From Eledone cirrhosa (lineage: Eukaryota): 64,000 nucleotides of DNA. This document shows positions 1 to 17,596 of this stretch, in pieces. Below the pieces are notes generated by a model. That model worked only from the letters and a program-made list of their open reading frames with translations, did not search any database and had not been told where the DNA came from. Both the position numbers and the translations under genes were made by a program. Position 1 is the stretch's first letter. The number at the start of each line of letters is the position of its first letter. Where the stretch lies: assembly GCA_964016885.1 (NCBI GenBank), contig OZ024742.1:4464001-4528000 (forward strand), in the 5' to 3' direction.

Positions 1-4578
<4,578 letters not shown>

Positions 4579-4926
4579 TTTATTTTTATTTATTTATTTA
4601 TTTATTTATTCATTTATTTATTTATTTATTTATTTACTTTTTCTTTTTCTTTTTCTTTTTCTTTTTCTTTTTCTTTTTCTTTTTCTTTTACAAAAGGACT
4701 CCGGCTAATTGACCACTCCCCAAAGAAAAAACGGTATGTGCCATGTTATGGTCCTGTGTATCTAAATACCAACCTACCCAAAAAATCCCCCTCCCCCCAG
4801 CCACCATCCATCCCTCCCTTACCACTACCTAAATGTATAAATACCAGAACTTAATATGACACCCAGCTTCCTGAAGATTTCATCTGAATGAAACAGTTCT
4901 CGTCCTATAGAAGCTCCTTCTATACA

Positions 4927-4984
<58 letters not shown>

Positions 4985-4989
<5 letters not shown>

Positions 4990-5059
4990 TATGTACACGT
5001 ACATATTTAAGTAACAGCTATACTCAGAGTGAGAAATGAAATTTCATTTAATTTTTTCC

Positions 5060-5097
<38 letters not shown>

Positions 5098-5715
5098 GGA
5101 AAAGAATGAAACGAAATTTCATTTCTCACATTTAGTACGGCTGATACCTAAATATAAGTGTGTATACGCACATACATATATGTGTGCAGACGCACAGTAG
5201 TATGTATATATATACATACATGCACACATATATATATGTACGTATGGGTTTACCGAACATCTATTATAATGTTCGGTTTCTTTGTAAACAAACAGCCCAA
5301 ATTACGCCGTACAGTGCTCGGCAACCATCGTCGCTCTTTTGTTCAACACTGACACAGGAACGATGTACTAGTTTCCAGCCTATTAACTATCGTCAGCATC
5401 ATATACCTTTCTGTCATATGATTGAACGTCTGAAAGTATATACTTTCCTTATGCATATTAACGGCTGAGCAGCCTAATTTGCATATCGAGTGAGTCAGTC
5501 GGCCGAGCATACCGAAAACTGTAAATAAATGGAAAAGAATGAAACGAAATTTCATTTCTCATTCTTAGTACGGCTGATACCTAAATATAAGTATGTATAC
5601 GCACATACATATATGTGTACAGACGCACAATAGTATGTATATATATATACATACATGCACACATATATATATGTACGTATGGGTTTACCGAACATTTATG
5701 TATGTGCGTATACAT
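4985..5715 (-). mobile_element. Non-coding HHR-bearing repeat family A (partial tandem, ~430 bp period, short inverted piece), in (TA)n
   Basis: 5093-5270 is repeated at 5526-5697, and 4985-5062 is an inverted piece. Homologous to 59378-60530. Confidence 0.75.
5362..5400 (-). ncRNA. Minimal type I hammerhead ribozyme
   Basis: Minus strand reads gatg-CTGACGA-tagtt aata ggctg-GAAAC-ta-GTA-catc. Stem I is gatg/catc and stem III is the palindrome ACTAGT. Confidence 0.75.
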
Positions 5716-5734
5716 ACTTATATATATATATAAG

Positions 5735-5894
<160 letters not shown>

Positions 5895-6436
5895 TGTGTT
5901 TCTTTATTGGCCACAGGGGACAAAAGAAGGGGAGAAATACAAAGGGGGAAGTTGCATACAATAAAAACGTGTAAAATATATCTAGATAGACAGATAGATA
6001 GATATTAAACATTGAAGTATATTTAGTGTAAATTTTATCCCCAGTTTGCCCAATCGATTTTACCGAATTGCTAGCTTCGCGATATGGGTGCCATACATAC
6101 GTTGATTATTATAGTAGATCTAACTAGCCGATCTCTTGCCAAATCTATTAACAGGCTAGAGTAACTACATGCAACAGATTGATTAAGTTAGCGTAACATC
6201 TTCACGATGTTGCAGTCTAATGGTTTATCTAGTTTGAACGTCATATATTCTTAACTGAAATTGTGCAATTTATTCTTCGTATTTCTCGGTGTGTTACATA
6301 AATTGGTATGAATTGACTATATCATCTTGACTGCGCAATTAACGTTTGAATACAAACCTACAGGCATATACGGATCTTGCTAACTCAATGTCTGTATCTC
6401 TATATCTATCTATCTATCTATCTATCATTCTATCTA

Positions 6437-6534
<98 letters not shown>

Positions 6535-6623
6535 ATATATATATAATGAAGAAGTCAGTGTATTTGTATTTTACATCATTTTATTGATTATTTTGTTATT
6601 GTTATATATATTTCAGTGGTATT

Positions 6624-6720
<97 letters not shown>

Positions 6721-7276
6721 CCGCTCGACTGTTATCGAAACATTTTCGCGTCCTCCTTCAATCTAACCCTACAATTTTAATTTGCCCATACAAATTATGT
6801 AATTGAGACTTGTTTCCCTTCGTTGTGTTGATAAGGGAATTAGGGGGAGTCAGAAAGGGGTGGGATGATACTTTTAAAAATTCTAGAAATTTTAGTATAT
6901 GTAAATGTTTTCTTGTGTGTGTGTTGGTCAGATACACATGTGTAAATCACGAAGGAGCTCACCAAATAGTTTTATATTTATAGTACTGCTCCGCCACAAG
7001 TAAAACTAAAGGAGGGCTACGGTTGGCAATCTGCTTCTCATTTTAAAAAAGAATCATTCGAAATAATAGTTATTTGCAAATTCTGAATCTCTGATGTATA
7101 AGTTGTAAAACCGTTTAAGATTGTTTTTTTTTTAAAGTCATGATATACATTTTTGTGACATCCCATTCTTTCCCCTATTGAAACTAATTTACAATATTTT
7201 ATGCGTCTTTTGTTTTATACAATAAAACGTATCATTTGTTAACATTAGAATTTATTATCATATTTTACGTAAATCA

Positions 7277-7460
7277 TAGGATGGTGTATTGGTAGTATCG
7301 GTAGATCGATATTTAGTTAAGTCTTTCTACGTTCTGAGTTCAAATCTCACTGAAGTCACGTTTACCTTTCATCCTTCCGGGGTCAATGAAATAAAATACC
7401 AGATAAATGCTGAGAACCATATAATCACTTTCCTCTTCCCCAAACTTATTGGACATGTGA
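7277..7460 (+). mobile_element. tRNA-derived SINE (diverged)
   Basis: B-box-like GAGTTCAAATC followed by cctttcatccttccggggtcaatgaaataaaatacca, shared with many copies in the window. Confidence 0.7.
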
Positions 7461-8439
7461 CGATCTTAGAAAGAATTAATTTATTATACCTAAATCACAG
7501 AGTGGAGCAATTTGAAATCCGATTTAGGCTACCCACAGGAGTAATATAAAAGAGGTTTTATATTGCCAGGAGGTAACCTGGAATGCGTTGTGGTGTATTC
7601 TTGAACAAAACATTTCATTTCTTGTTGTTCCAGTATATTCAGCTGAAAAGAAATACCATCAGTAGCTAAAGGTTTAATCCTGAGATAGAGTAGCATCATG
7701 TCCAGGGAGAGGAGGTATTGTACTCTTAGTCGCTTTGCACCACGGAAACCAGGATAAGCACCGACCTGATTAGCCCCCGGGGCTCGAGACAAACTTTTTA
7801 GAGATGTGATACAATGAGAGGAAACCTGAAATCTCATGATTGAGAAGTGAACTTTTTTAATATTTATCAATGACGCGTCCACCTGATGTAATAGAATATT
7901 AACAAATGACAAAATATATTGAACTTCTCAATAGTGTCTATATGTATCAGAGGAAGCTGTTTGTGGTACGATAAAAATACCGACAGGAAAATGGAATAGA
8001 AAGTAATATATTGATGTATGTAAGGAAGAATGAAATTAAAAAAAATCATACACATAGACATCGTAAAATATTTACACGCTCCAGCAACTTTGTTTAATTA
8101 TAAAGTCTTGGTCATTGTAAAGAGACAGTGTGGTTTGTATCATATCTGTGGAACAAAGAGCTTTCTTATTTTGGAGAACGGCAATAATCAGTTGAGCATA
8201 CAGGCTGATGTTTCCGAATAGATGTGGATTATCACAGCCATATTTAGCAAGTGAAGCAGAGTGGAGAAGATATCAGGAAAGTTTGAATGTGGCATAATAA
8301 TAATAATAATGAAATTCATTGCATTTTTCAATCTCTCACTCTCTCTCTCTCTTTCTTTCTTTCATACATTCTGTCTCTATATCTCTATCCTTATATACAT
8401 ACATACATACATACATACATACATACATACATACATACA

Positions 8440-8485
<46 letters not shown>

Positions 8486-8529
8486 AACGCCTAAGTTTGA
8501 ACTATATATCAGTATATATATATATATAT

Positions 8530-9165
8530 ACTGATGATGGATAGTCTTGGCTTCTAGCTCTATTTTTTAATTCATATGTATCACATTCGCAACAACGCAG
8601 CACGCCATTTTTCATCCTATAATTTTTCCCTTCGCTGTGACCTGTCTTTTTCTCTTCCCTTACTGCTATCCTCTTTCTCTCTACCCCTTCTCTCTCCTTG
8701 TACCTCTTACTTTCATTCACCCCTTCTCGGTTAGTCTCTTCCTCACACTTTCACTCACTCTCTGCTACTCACCCTCTCTCACCTCTTCCCGCCTGACCCG
8801 TGTGAAATTCTTTTCTCGCTTACATTTCGCTTGGCTTAGACATGTCTGTTGTCTTCTCGTCAATGATTCGCTAGATCTTATGTTCACATGTATCACTGAC
8901 TTGTTTCTCATTTTTCCACTATTTACGTTGCCTCACCATTCTTGTTTGTTTACATGTCTCTCTTTCTCCACCCAATTCTTTTTATCCCAATAACTTATTT
9001 TAGTTATTGCTCGCGCTGACCTGAGGTATATGATCTTTAATGCGAAGAAATACCAGAAGAAATACCAGAAGATCACTGTGATGGATAGTCCTGGCTTCTA
9101 GGTCTATTTTTTTTATTCATATGTATCACATTCACAACAACGCAGCACGCCATTTTTCATTCCTA
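8530..9165 (+). mobile_element. Repeat family K (permuted-hammerhead family), partial tandem, degenerate motif
   Basis: 8530-8620 is repeated at 9075-9165. The pyrimidine-rich body is homologous to 11290-11942 and 58316-59345. Flanked by (TA)n. Confidence 0.7.
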
Positions 9166-9169
9166 TATA

Positions 9170-9626
9170 TATATATATACACAGAAATATCCACGGTTAG
9201 TTGTGGGGTCGAGTCTGCATGAAGAACTCAATGTAATCCATATGTTGAAAATGTTGTAGGTTAAAATAAATCCCGGAAAACAATAAAACATCAAAAGGAA
9301 AACAGAGTCACGATATAAGTTAAAACAATGAAATAAAAATTCATATCATTAGGAATATACTTCACTGCTTTAAGATCATTTCTAGGTGATTATAATACAT
9401 CATACGAATATTTCGTTATCGATCTATGTAAGGTTAGTTACAAAATATCAAATAAGGAATATATTTACCTACGTGTATATCATCAGCCGTTGTCAAAAGC
9501 AATGAATTTTTTATTCAAAATCAATAGATAGAGGTATAATTACATAGATACTCCATTAAAAACATACATACGCATACATAGATATATACATATACATATA
9601 CATACACATACATACATACATACACG

Positions 9627-9668
<42 letters not shown>

Positions 9669-11285
9669 CATATACATACATATATACATGTACACACACC
9701 TACATGTACATGCACATACATACACACATTCTCATATACACACATATATATACATATATATATATATATTCTCTTATCATACATACATAGATACATGTAT
9801 ACCCATGCAATTACAGGTGGTTATGTATCTTGATGCCCTTAGTCAGTAATGCATGAATCTATGGAAGCTAAACAATTATAAGGTTAAAAAATTAACAGGA
9901 AGGCGTATAATAAGAAGGGTATACTATCAAAGAGGTACGTCACGTAGAGCTATAGTGAGCTGCTATTTAGAATGTTTAATTAGGTTTATAGTATTTAAAT
10001 GTTTTTCATATACGATGATTACAAGCTATAATCAGTCTTGTCTTTTATTCAATAAATCATCCTTAGATTTAGTAATTCCAAGATCTCACCGGAACATAAT
10101 ATGCATTCTCTCCTGTTCCCAAGATATGGAGTTCTTTGTAGAATGGTATACCACGATAGCCTGAAATCTATTTTTTTCTTTTTATAGTTATTTACTGCTT
10201 CAGCTAAAGATCTGGTATTAGCTAGTTTAGTATTATTAAAGCTACTGGAGTGTGCGTAATATCTTTTCTTAAATGTGTTCGATGTAGATCCTATATACGA
10301 TTTGTTGGAGTCAGTAGTAGACACAGTGCATTTATATATTACATTATTAATCAAACCGTTGCCATTTAAGGGGAAAACGCTTTTATTTCTGCAATTACAA
10401 CCATACGTAAGATGGTTGTTGGAGGTACCTACATAATTCTCATTAATTCTGGAGCTATTTTTATTGTAATTAATGTTAGAGAGAGAATGAGTGCTGCTTT
10501 GTGGGTGATTTAGTGCTGGGGTTGTATTGTGATTTTGTGTTATGTTGTTTTTGTGTTGGTGATTTGGGTGGTTGTGTTTTCCAGGTTGAAGAATTGTATT
10601 ATTTGTCCTTTTAAAAGGTGCAGTCATATTTAAATTATGTGGTGGTGGTGTGGTCATATTATTTTAAAATTTATAAATATTGTAGTTGCTTATTTTCTGT
10701 TGGATATTGTTTGATGTAGAGTATGAGAATTTAACAGTATACCTGTTAAACATTTGGTGGTATCTGTGGTTTGGTGGAAAATGTTTATGTAGAATTTCGA
10801 AGAATTTTTGGGGGATTTGTCCAATAGTTTGCAGGTTGAAGGGTGCGTTGTACCATGTTATGTTTCTTTTGCGGTTTTTAGTTAAGTTCTTATTCTCACT
10901 TATATTAAATAGTAATTCTATTTTTAATACCATTCAACCATTCCTTTCAAAAGGTCATGACCTTAACTAAAGTGAGTTATATTTTGTTTTAACATCATAT
11001 GGCAAAACACCATTTGATTTGTTTGTTCTTCAACTACCTCCAAATAAGATCATAGAACTCAATTTACTATTGATTTTGAATAACATTTTCCTTGCTTTTG
11101 ACAACGGCTGATGATATACACGTAGGTAAATATATTCCTTATTTGATATTTTGTAACTAACCTTACATAGATCGATAACGAAATATGCGTACGATGTATT
11201 ATTATCACCTAGAAACGATCGTAAAGCAGTGAAGTATATTCCTAATGACTTGAATTTTTATTTCATTGTTTTAACTTATATATAT
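9170..11285 (-). mobile_element. 5'-truncated Naiad-like PLE (thumb + GIY-YIG remnant) with inverted terminal copy
   Basis: ORFs 10664-10933 (RNITWYNAPF...FNRYTVKFSYS) and 10049-10657 (CNCRNK..PL, NVIYKC, SYIGST..FKKRYYAH, CILC). ~9315-9520 is inverted at ~11075-11280. Confidence 0.85.
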
Positions 11286-11289
11286 ATAT

Positions 11290-11937
11290 TCTCTGTTAGC
11301 CTCCTCCTCAACTTTCACTCACTCATTCTCTGTCACTACCTCTCCTCCTCCTCTTTCCTCCTCCTCCTTCAAGTTTGACCTGTGTGTAATTCTTTTCTCG
11401 CGCGGTCTTGACCGAGCTGGTATGGAATTTTTTTCTCTCTCCCTTTCGTCTGCGACTTCACAAAACTTGCGTTTACCGAATTCGCAGACCAGACCCCTTT
11501 ATCTTCTTCTTCTTCTTCTTCTTCTTCTTCTTCTTCTTCTTCTTCTTCTTCCTCTTCTCTCCTTTTTTTCTCTCTCTCTCTCTCTCTCTTTTCCCCCCCG
11601 TCAAACTTGGGCGAAATTCTTTCCTTGCTCACATTTCAACCAGGTTTGATGGTCTTTTGTCTCTTGTTCACGATTTCACAGAGTTTATATTCATAGAGAT
11701 CTGGGACTTGTCTATTTCTACTCACTTTCCGTTGCTAAAACTTTTTTGTTGTTACTCTGGCGTCCCCCCTTTATTTACGTGTCCCAACGACTTTTTTTAG
11801 CCGTTGTTCGCACCAACCCGAGGCATATGGCCCTTAAAGCGATGAAATGCCCAGGACGGTTGGAGGGTCACTGATGAAGGACTCACTTTTTCATATGTAT
11901 CCCATTTGCAACGCCGCAGCTCCATTATTATCATATT

Positions 11938-11942
<5 letters not shown>
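11290..11942 (+). mobile_element. Repeat family K copy (non-coding, PLE pLTR/retrozyme-like)
   Basis: High similarity to the 58316-59345 units; (TA)n on both sides. Confidence 0.8.
11813..11878 (+). ncRNA. Candidate permuted/pseudoknotted hammerhead with kink-turn (family K)
   Basis: ccaacc-c-GA-ggcat-A-tggccct-taaagcgat-GAAAtgcc-cag-GA-c-ggttgg-agggtca-CTGATGA-a. Predicted cleavage after 11827. Confidence 0.6.
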
Positions 11943-11968
<26 letters not shown>

Positions 11969-11973
<5 letters not shown>

Positions 11974-13090
11974 GATAAGCAGAACAAGTAAAATTCAATC
12001 AATTTTTCAAAATACATTAAAAAATATAATATAAATATTTACCTCTTCTAGTGGCCCTTACTGATCAGTTTCGCTTTGTAAAACCTCATAAATCCGATGG
12101 ATTCATGATGGAAAACCAAAGCTCATCAGAGAAGCATTTTCCCATCCTAGGGCTAAACGTCCCAGGAACGACAAAATATACAACCTCCTGCCAGCTAATA
12201 AAGGTCTGAAAGGTCGTAAAAGTGACCCGTATGTAAACTGGACCGAAGTAAAAGCGGGAAAATCAAAGACTTGCTGTCTACAATTACTACTAAAGAAATA
12301 GCAGCCTAGTAAAGCAACAGATTTGTTCTCAACGGACGGAGAAAAAGGTATAAGTTAATATGTCCAGGGATACTAGGTACCCCTAGAAATACATAGGTTG
12401 TCTATGATTCAGGGTTGTTCAATGGTGTTAATTTGATACACCAGAACTTTAATATTAAGATAAGCAGAACAAGTAAAATTCAATCAATTTTTCAAAATAC
12501 ATTAAAAAATATAATATAAATATTTACCTCTTCTAGTGGCCCTTACTGATCAGTTTCGCTTTGTAAAACCTCATAAATCCGATGGATTCATGATGGAAAA
12601 CCAAAGCTCATCAGAGAAGCATTTTCCCATCCTAGGGCTAAACGTCCCAGGAACGACAAAATATACAACCTCCTGCCAGCTAATAAAGGTCTGAAAGGTC
12701 GTAAAAGTGACCCGTATGTAAACTGGACCGAAGTAAAAGCGGGAAAATCAAAGACTTGCTGTCTACAATTACTACTAAAGAAATAGCAGCCTAGTAAAGC
12801 AACAGATTTGTTCTCAACGGACGGAGAAAAAGGTATAAGTTAATATGTCCAGGGATAATCCATCGGATTTATGAGGTTTTACAAAGCGAAACTGATCAGT
12901 AAGGGCCACTAGAAGAGGTAAATATTTATATTATATTTTTTAATGTATTTTGAAAAATTGATTGAATTTTACTTGTTCTGCTTATCTTAATATTAAAGTT
13001 CTGGTGTATCAAATTAACACCATTGAACAACCCTGAATCATAGACAACCTATGTATTTCTAGGGGTACCTAGTATCCCTGGACATATTAA

Positions 13091-13095
<5 letters not shown>
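11969..13095 (-). mobile_element. Non-coding HHR repeat family B: 485 bp tandem (~1.8 units) plus inverted copy 12858-13095, in (TA)n
   Basis: 11971 recurs at 12456. 12858-13095 is the reverse complement of the unit junction region. Confidence 0.85.
12055..12133 (-). ncRNA. Type I hammerhead with long stem II insertion (second copy 12540-12618)
   Basis: ttct-CTGATGA-gctttg...caaagc-GAAAC-tgatca-GTA-aggg, with palindromic stem III ACTGATCAGT. Confidence 0.72.
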
Positions 13096-13181
<86 letters not shown>

Positions 13182-13379
13182 TTACTCGAATTAGTCATTG
13201 AACTATCCTTAAGTGTGTGTAACAGTGCGCCATGTTTATGTGGTGTGTCTGTATGTGTTGTAAAGTATCAGTTTGACAAATATAGCAAGATAAACATATT
13301 CCGAGGTCGATATGATAAACAAATGATTCAGGGCTCCTTCATGTTATTTCTATCTTGAATAGTTTCTGATTTTAATCAT

Positions 13380-13970
13380 GGTTTCTGATTTAGGCACAAG
13401 GCAAACCATTTTGGGGGAGGGAAAAGTCGATTAAATGGACCTCGGTGCGTTACGGATACTTCACTTTATTGACCCCGTAAAAATGAAAAGCAAAGCTAAC
13501 CTCGAAGGGATTTGAAATCAGAACATAAAGGGACGTAACTATATGCCATAAAGCATGGTGTACGACACTCTACCGATCCTGCCAATCCACCGTCCTTCAG
13601 CCTTGAATAATAATAATGGTTTTTTTATATAGGCACAAGGCCAGCAATTTTGGGGAAGGGGAAAGTCGATTAAATCGACCCCAGTGTGTGACGGGTACTT
13701 TATTTTATCGACCCCGTAAGGATGAAAGGCAAAGTTAACCTCGGTGGGATTTGAACTCAGATCATAAAGGGCCATAACTCTATGCTGCAAAGACTGGCGT
13801 CCGACGCTCTGCCGATACTGCTAATCCACCGCCCTTCAGCTTTGAATAATAATAATAATAATAATAATGCTTTCTGATTTAGACACAAGGTCAACATATT
13901 TGGGAGGAAGGGAAAGTAAATTAAATCGCCTCTCGTGCATTATTAGTGATTTATTTCATGGACCCGGTAT
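13380..13970 (-). mobile_element. Three tandem tRNA-derived SINE copies (13380-13605, 13630-13845, partial 13870-13970)
   Basis: Repeated ggcacaagg...atcgaccccgtaaggatgaaaggcaaag...gggatttgaactcag, with (AAT)n tails. Confidence 0.8.
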
Positions 13971-14279
13971 AAACAATAGTTATATTCTACTTACAGTACA
14001 ATACACTTTATTTTTTCATGGTTTTATGCTGAGGTCAAGGAATTCACTATAAAGCTGCTTGACTTGTTTGAACCAGTCGATAAATATCTCTCAAAACAAA
14101 CCCGCAGGCATTAAATAAAGACGTTCCTCTCGTGCCCACTCTGTTTGCTTATCATTTATTACTCTGTCTAATGAATCTTTCGTTATTCAAGACGGTTTGG
14201 TATGATTTGTAAGGAGTGATTACTATTGCTATAGAAAGTAGAAGGACCACCCAGATTTTGTGAAATACAAGGTAGATTC

Positions 14280-15400
14280 ATACACAAACGAGATTCTCGA
14301 TTCTTAGGTGTTTGTAAACGGTGAGAGTGGTAATCTCTTTTGCACATTGATAACTGTGAAGTTTAATATAAACTGACGAGCTCATTTCATTGTTTCTTGG
14401 ATATTTGTGAAATCTGTAACATACTCTGACACAAAGTAATGTGAAATATGAGGTATACGGACTCAAATTTGGTCATTTCACTGATTATTGAATATATGTG
14501 ATTTTTTTTTTACATTTGCATAATATAACATACTCCGATGGAAACAAGGCCGTTTCGTTTGTAAAATATTTGGGAAATGTGAAATAATCAGAAACCATAT
14601 TTTGTTGGTTCTTAAATATTTATGAATTATGAGATAAACGTTGACACAAACGAAGTTATGTCGTTATATATTTAATATTCGTGGAATGAGAGATAGACAG
14701 AACAACGAGACCCTTTCCTTGGACCTGAATGTTTGTGAAACCTGAGATAAACTCTAACTCATATGGTCATTATGTTAGTTGTTAAATATTTGTGAAATGT
14801 GAGATAGTGATACAAATGAAAATATTTCGTTTGCCCTTAAATATCTATAAAATATGGGACCTACTTTAACACAAATGTTGTGTAATACGTGTGAAATGTG
14901 AGATTGTCACAAACCATATATGTTACTTTGTTGGTTCTTAAATATTTGTGAAATATGGAAGAGACTGTCTTAAACGAGGCTGTTTCGTTATTACTTAAAT
15001 ATCTGTGTAGTGTGAGGCATTCAACCAAGGGTGAGGCTATTTTGTTGGTTCTGGAATATTTGTAAAATATGAGATAAGAGTCTGACATAATCGGGATTAT
15101 TGTAGGTTTTAGAATATTTACGAAATGTAAGACATACACCGTAATATATGAGGTAATTGCATAGGGTTTTATACTTGTAAAATGAGAGATAGACTGTCAC
15201 ACGATGTAATTTCGTTGATTCTGAAGTATTTGTGAAATAGGGGACACACACTGATACAAAAAGGAAGTCGGTTCCTTCTGAAATATTTGTTAGGTATGGG
15301 AAACGTAGTTGTTTCATTTTTCCTGAAGTATTTGTGAAAAGTGGGACCTCTTCTGACAGAAACGACTCTAATTCCTTGGTTCCTAAATGTTTGCATCAAA
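14280..15400. repeat. Degenerate ~60 bp tandem minisatellite
   Basis: Recurrent ttcttaaatatttgtgaaatgtgagata...acacaaacga about every 60 bp. Confidence 0.7.
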
Positions 15401-15759
15401 TTGAATAAATACGTTCTTGTCTCTGCTTAGTTGTTTATTCATCTCTATACTTGTATATTATTTGTCTACATACTAATTGGCATTCGATCAATATAAACCA
15501 TAGATCTATATGTTACACGCTTTTCGATGATCATCAAACAGATAACTATAATAAAAAATATCTAAGTTCCATTCTTGACAATGTTAAACAGATAGAGCGT
15601 AGAGTGGAGAGAAGGTTTCAAATTAGCAGACCTTTGATGTTAAGATCATCGAACTACATTAATACATAATATATTAACTACTTCAAGTCTACATTGTGTT
15701 TGATAATGGAAAACGTTTTATAGTAACCTAGCATATTTGGACAGAACATTTTCAGTAGG

Positions 15760-16500
15760 AATTGGATGGCTGGTTGGCTGGTTGGCAGGTTTGCTGGCTG
15801 GCAGGTTGGCTGGCTGGCTAGCTGGCTGGAAGGTTGGCTGGCTGGTTGGTCTGGCTGGATGGCTGGTTGGCTGGCTCGATGGCTGGTTGGCTGGTTGGTT
15901 GGTTAGCAGACTGGCTGACTGGTTGGTTAGTTGGCTGGCTGGTTGGTTGGCTGGCCGGCCGGTTGGTTGGCTGACTGGATGGTATGCTGGCTGGGTGGCA
16001 GGCTGGCTGGTTGGCTGGCTGGTTGGTTGGTTGGTTGGTTGGCTGGCTGTTTTTTTGGCCGGTTGGCTGGTTGATTGGCTGGCTAGCCGGTTTGGTTGGT
16101 TGGGTGGCTGGATGGCTGGACGGTTGGTTGGCTGGCTGGTTAGTTGGTTGGTTGGTTGGTTGGTTGGCTGGTTGGCTGGTTGGCTCGTTGGCTGGCTGGC
16201 CGGTTGGTTGGTTAGCTGGCTGGTTGACTGGCTGGTTGGCTGGCAGGTTGGCTTTCTGGCCGGTTGGCTGGTTGGCTGGCTGGTTGGTTGGTTGGCTGGC
16301 TGGTTGGCTGGTTGGTTGGTGAGCTGTCTGGTTGTTTGGCCGGTTGGCTGGATGGTTGGTTGGTTGGTTGGTTGGTTGGCTGGTTGGTTGGCTGGCTGGT
16401 TGATTGGATGGCTGGTTGGCTAGCTGCTTGGCTGGCTGGCTGGCTGGCTGGATGGATGGATGGATGGCTGACTGGCTGTCTGGTTAGATGGTTGATTGGT
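15760..16500. repeat. Compound (GGTT/GGCT/GGAT)n tetranucleotide satellite
   Basis: Seen directly. It explains the W/L/G/A-rich ORFs. Confidence 0.95.
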
Positions 16501-16880
16501 TCAAACTAATGTAATTTAAATAAAATCGCTCTGTTAAGATAGCAGACGATGTCTCAAATATGATATTGGTATCTGAAGAGTTCATTTCAATATGAAGCTT
16601 TACAAATTGTGAGATCAAATGTTGGTAAAACATGACAGCAGCCAGAGAGAAGTTTAATGAGAATCATTTGAATCAGAGAAACATTTCTATGAAAATATAT
16701 ATATTCACACACACTTACACACACACACATACACACACACACCAACGGACATACACATATATTTATATAGTGGTACATATATATACAATGACACGTGTCC
16801 ACACACATGTATATAAATATATATATACATTGATGAGTGTATGTATGTGTGTGCAAATACGTACTCACACACACACACAT

Positions 16881-16951
<71 letters not shown>

Positions 16952-17042
16952 CCAACATGAACGGACCTATTATTTTTGTCTAAAGACATGTTTTCCAATT
17001 CCATCCCGCCCGTCCCCCCAATCTATCTTATTTCTCATTCTT

Positions 17043-17078
17043 TCTTCTGATGAAGGACTAGCGTCCGAAACGTTAAGA
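17043..17078 (+). ncRNA. Ultra-minimal type I hammerhead in a pLTR-like fragment (~16960-17165)
   Basis: tctt-CTGATGA-a-ggac tagc gtcc-GAAAC-GTT-aaga. Stem III is the zero-loop palindrome AACGTT. Confidence 0.65.
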
Positions 17079-17162
17079 CCCTCTTCCTGCTATATCAAGC
17101 GTTAACCTAATATATACCTTCCATATACTGTACCAATTGTGTTGTTATTTCTGTTTACCTTT

Positions 17163-17200
<38 letters not shown>

Positions 17201-17505
17201 TTTTTTTTTGTCGTTTTGGAAGCCTCAACAATGCAGATGGGTAAATCTCCGGGTAAGAGAATCTGGTGGTGAGGAGAGAGAGATGTAAAGGAATGTAGAA
17301 TGAGAAGTATAGTGTGTAGAGGAACGTAGGAAAGAGCGTAAAAGAAAAAAATAATAACACGAGATAGAGTTACCTTGGGAGAGATTTAATTGTCCCTATA
17401 TTTAGGATTCGCATCCATCATCTGGGGGGGGGGGTTATCTGTCGGAGAGGAACGGTACGTGTCCTCTGCTGTCCGCTGTTTGTGTGTAAATATATATATA
17501 TATAC

Positions 17506-17596
<91 letters not shown>

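Noticed and set aside
11100-11200. CTGATGA ... GAAA in the Naiad terminal repeat (also 9400-9495, minus strand)
   Set aside because: I could not build consistent stems I and II in any strand order.
14280-15400. CRISPR-like periodicity
   Set aside because: Units are diverged along their whole length with no constant repeat plus unique spacers, in a eukaryotic context with no cas genes.
15737-16509. Trp/Gly/Leu-rich membrane-like ORFs
   Set aside because: Translation of the (GGYT)n satellite.
17395-17430. Minus-strand CAGATGA-tggat gcga atcc-TAAA motif; also CAGAAGA...GAAA at 53681-53715
   Set aside because: Core substitutions; at best decayed hammerheads.
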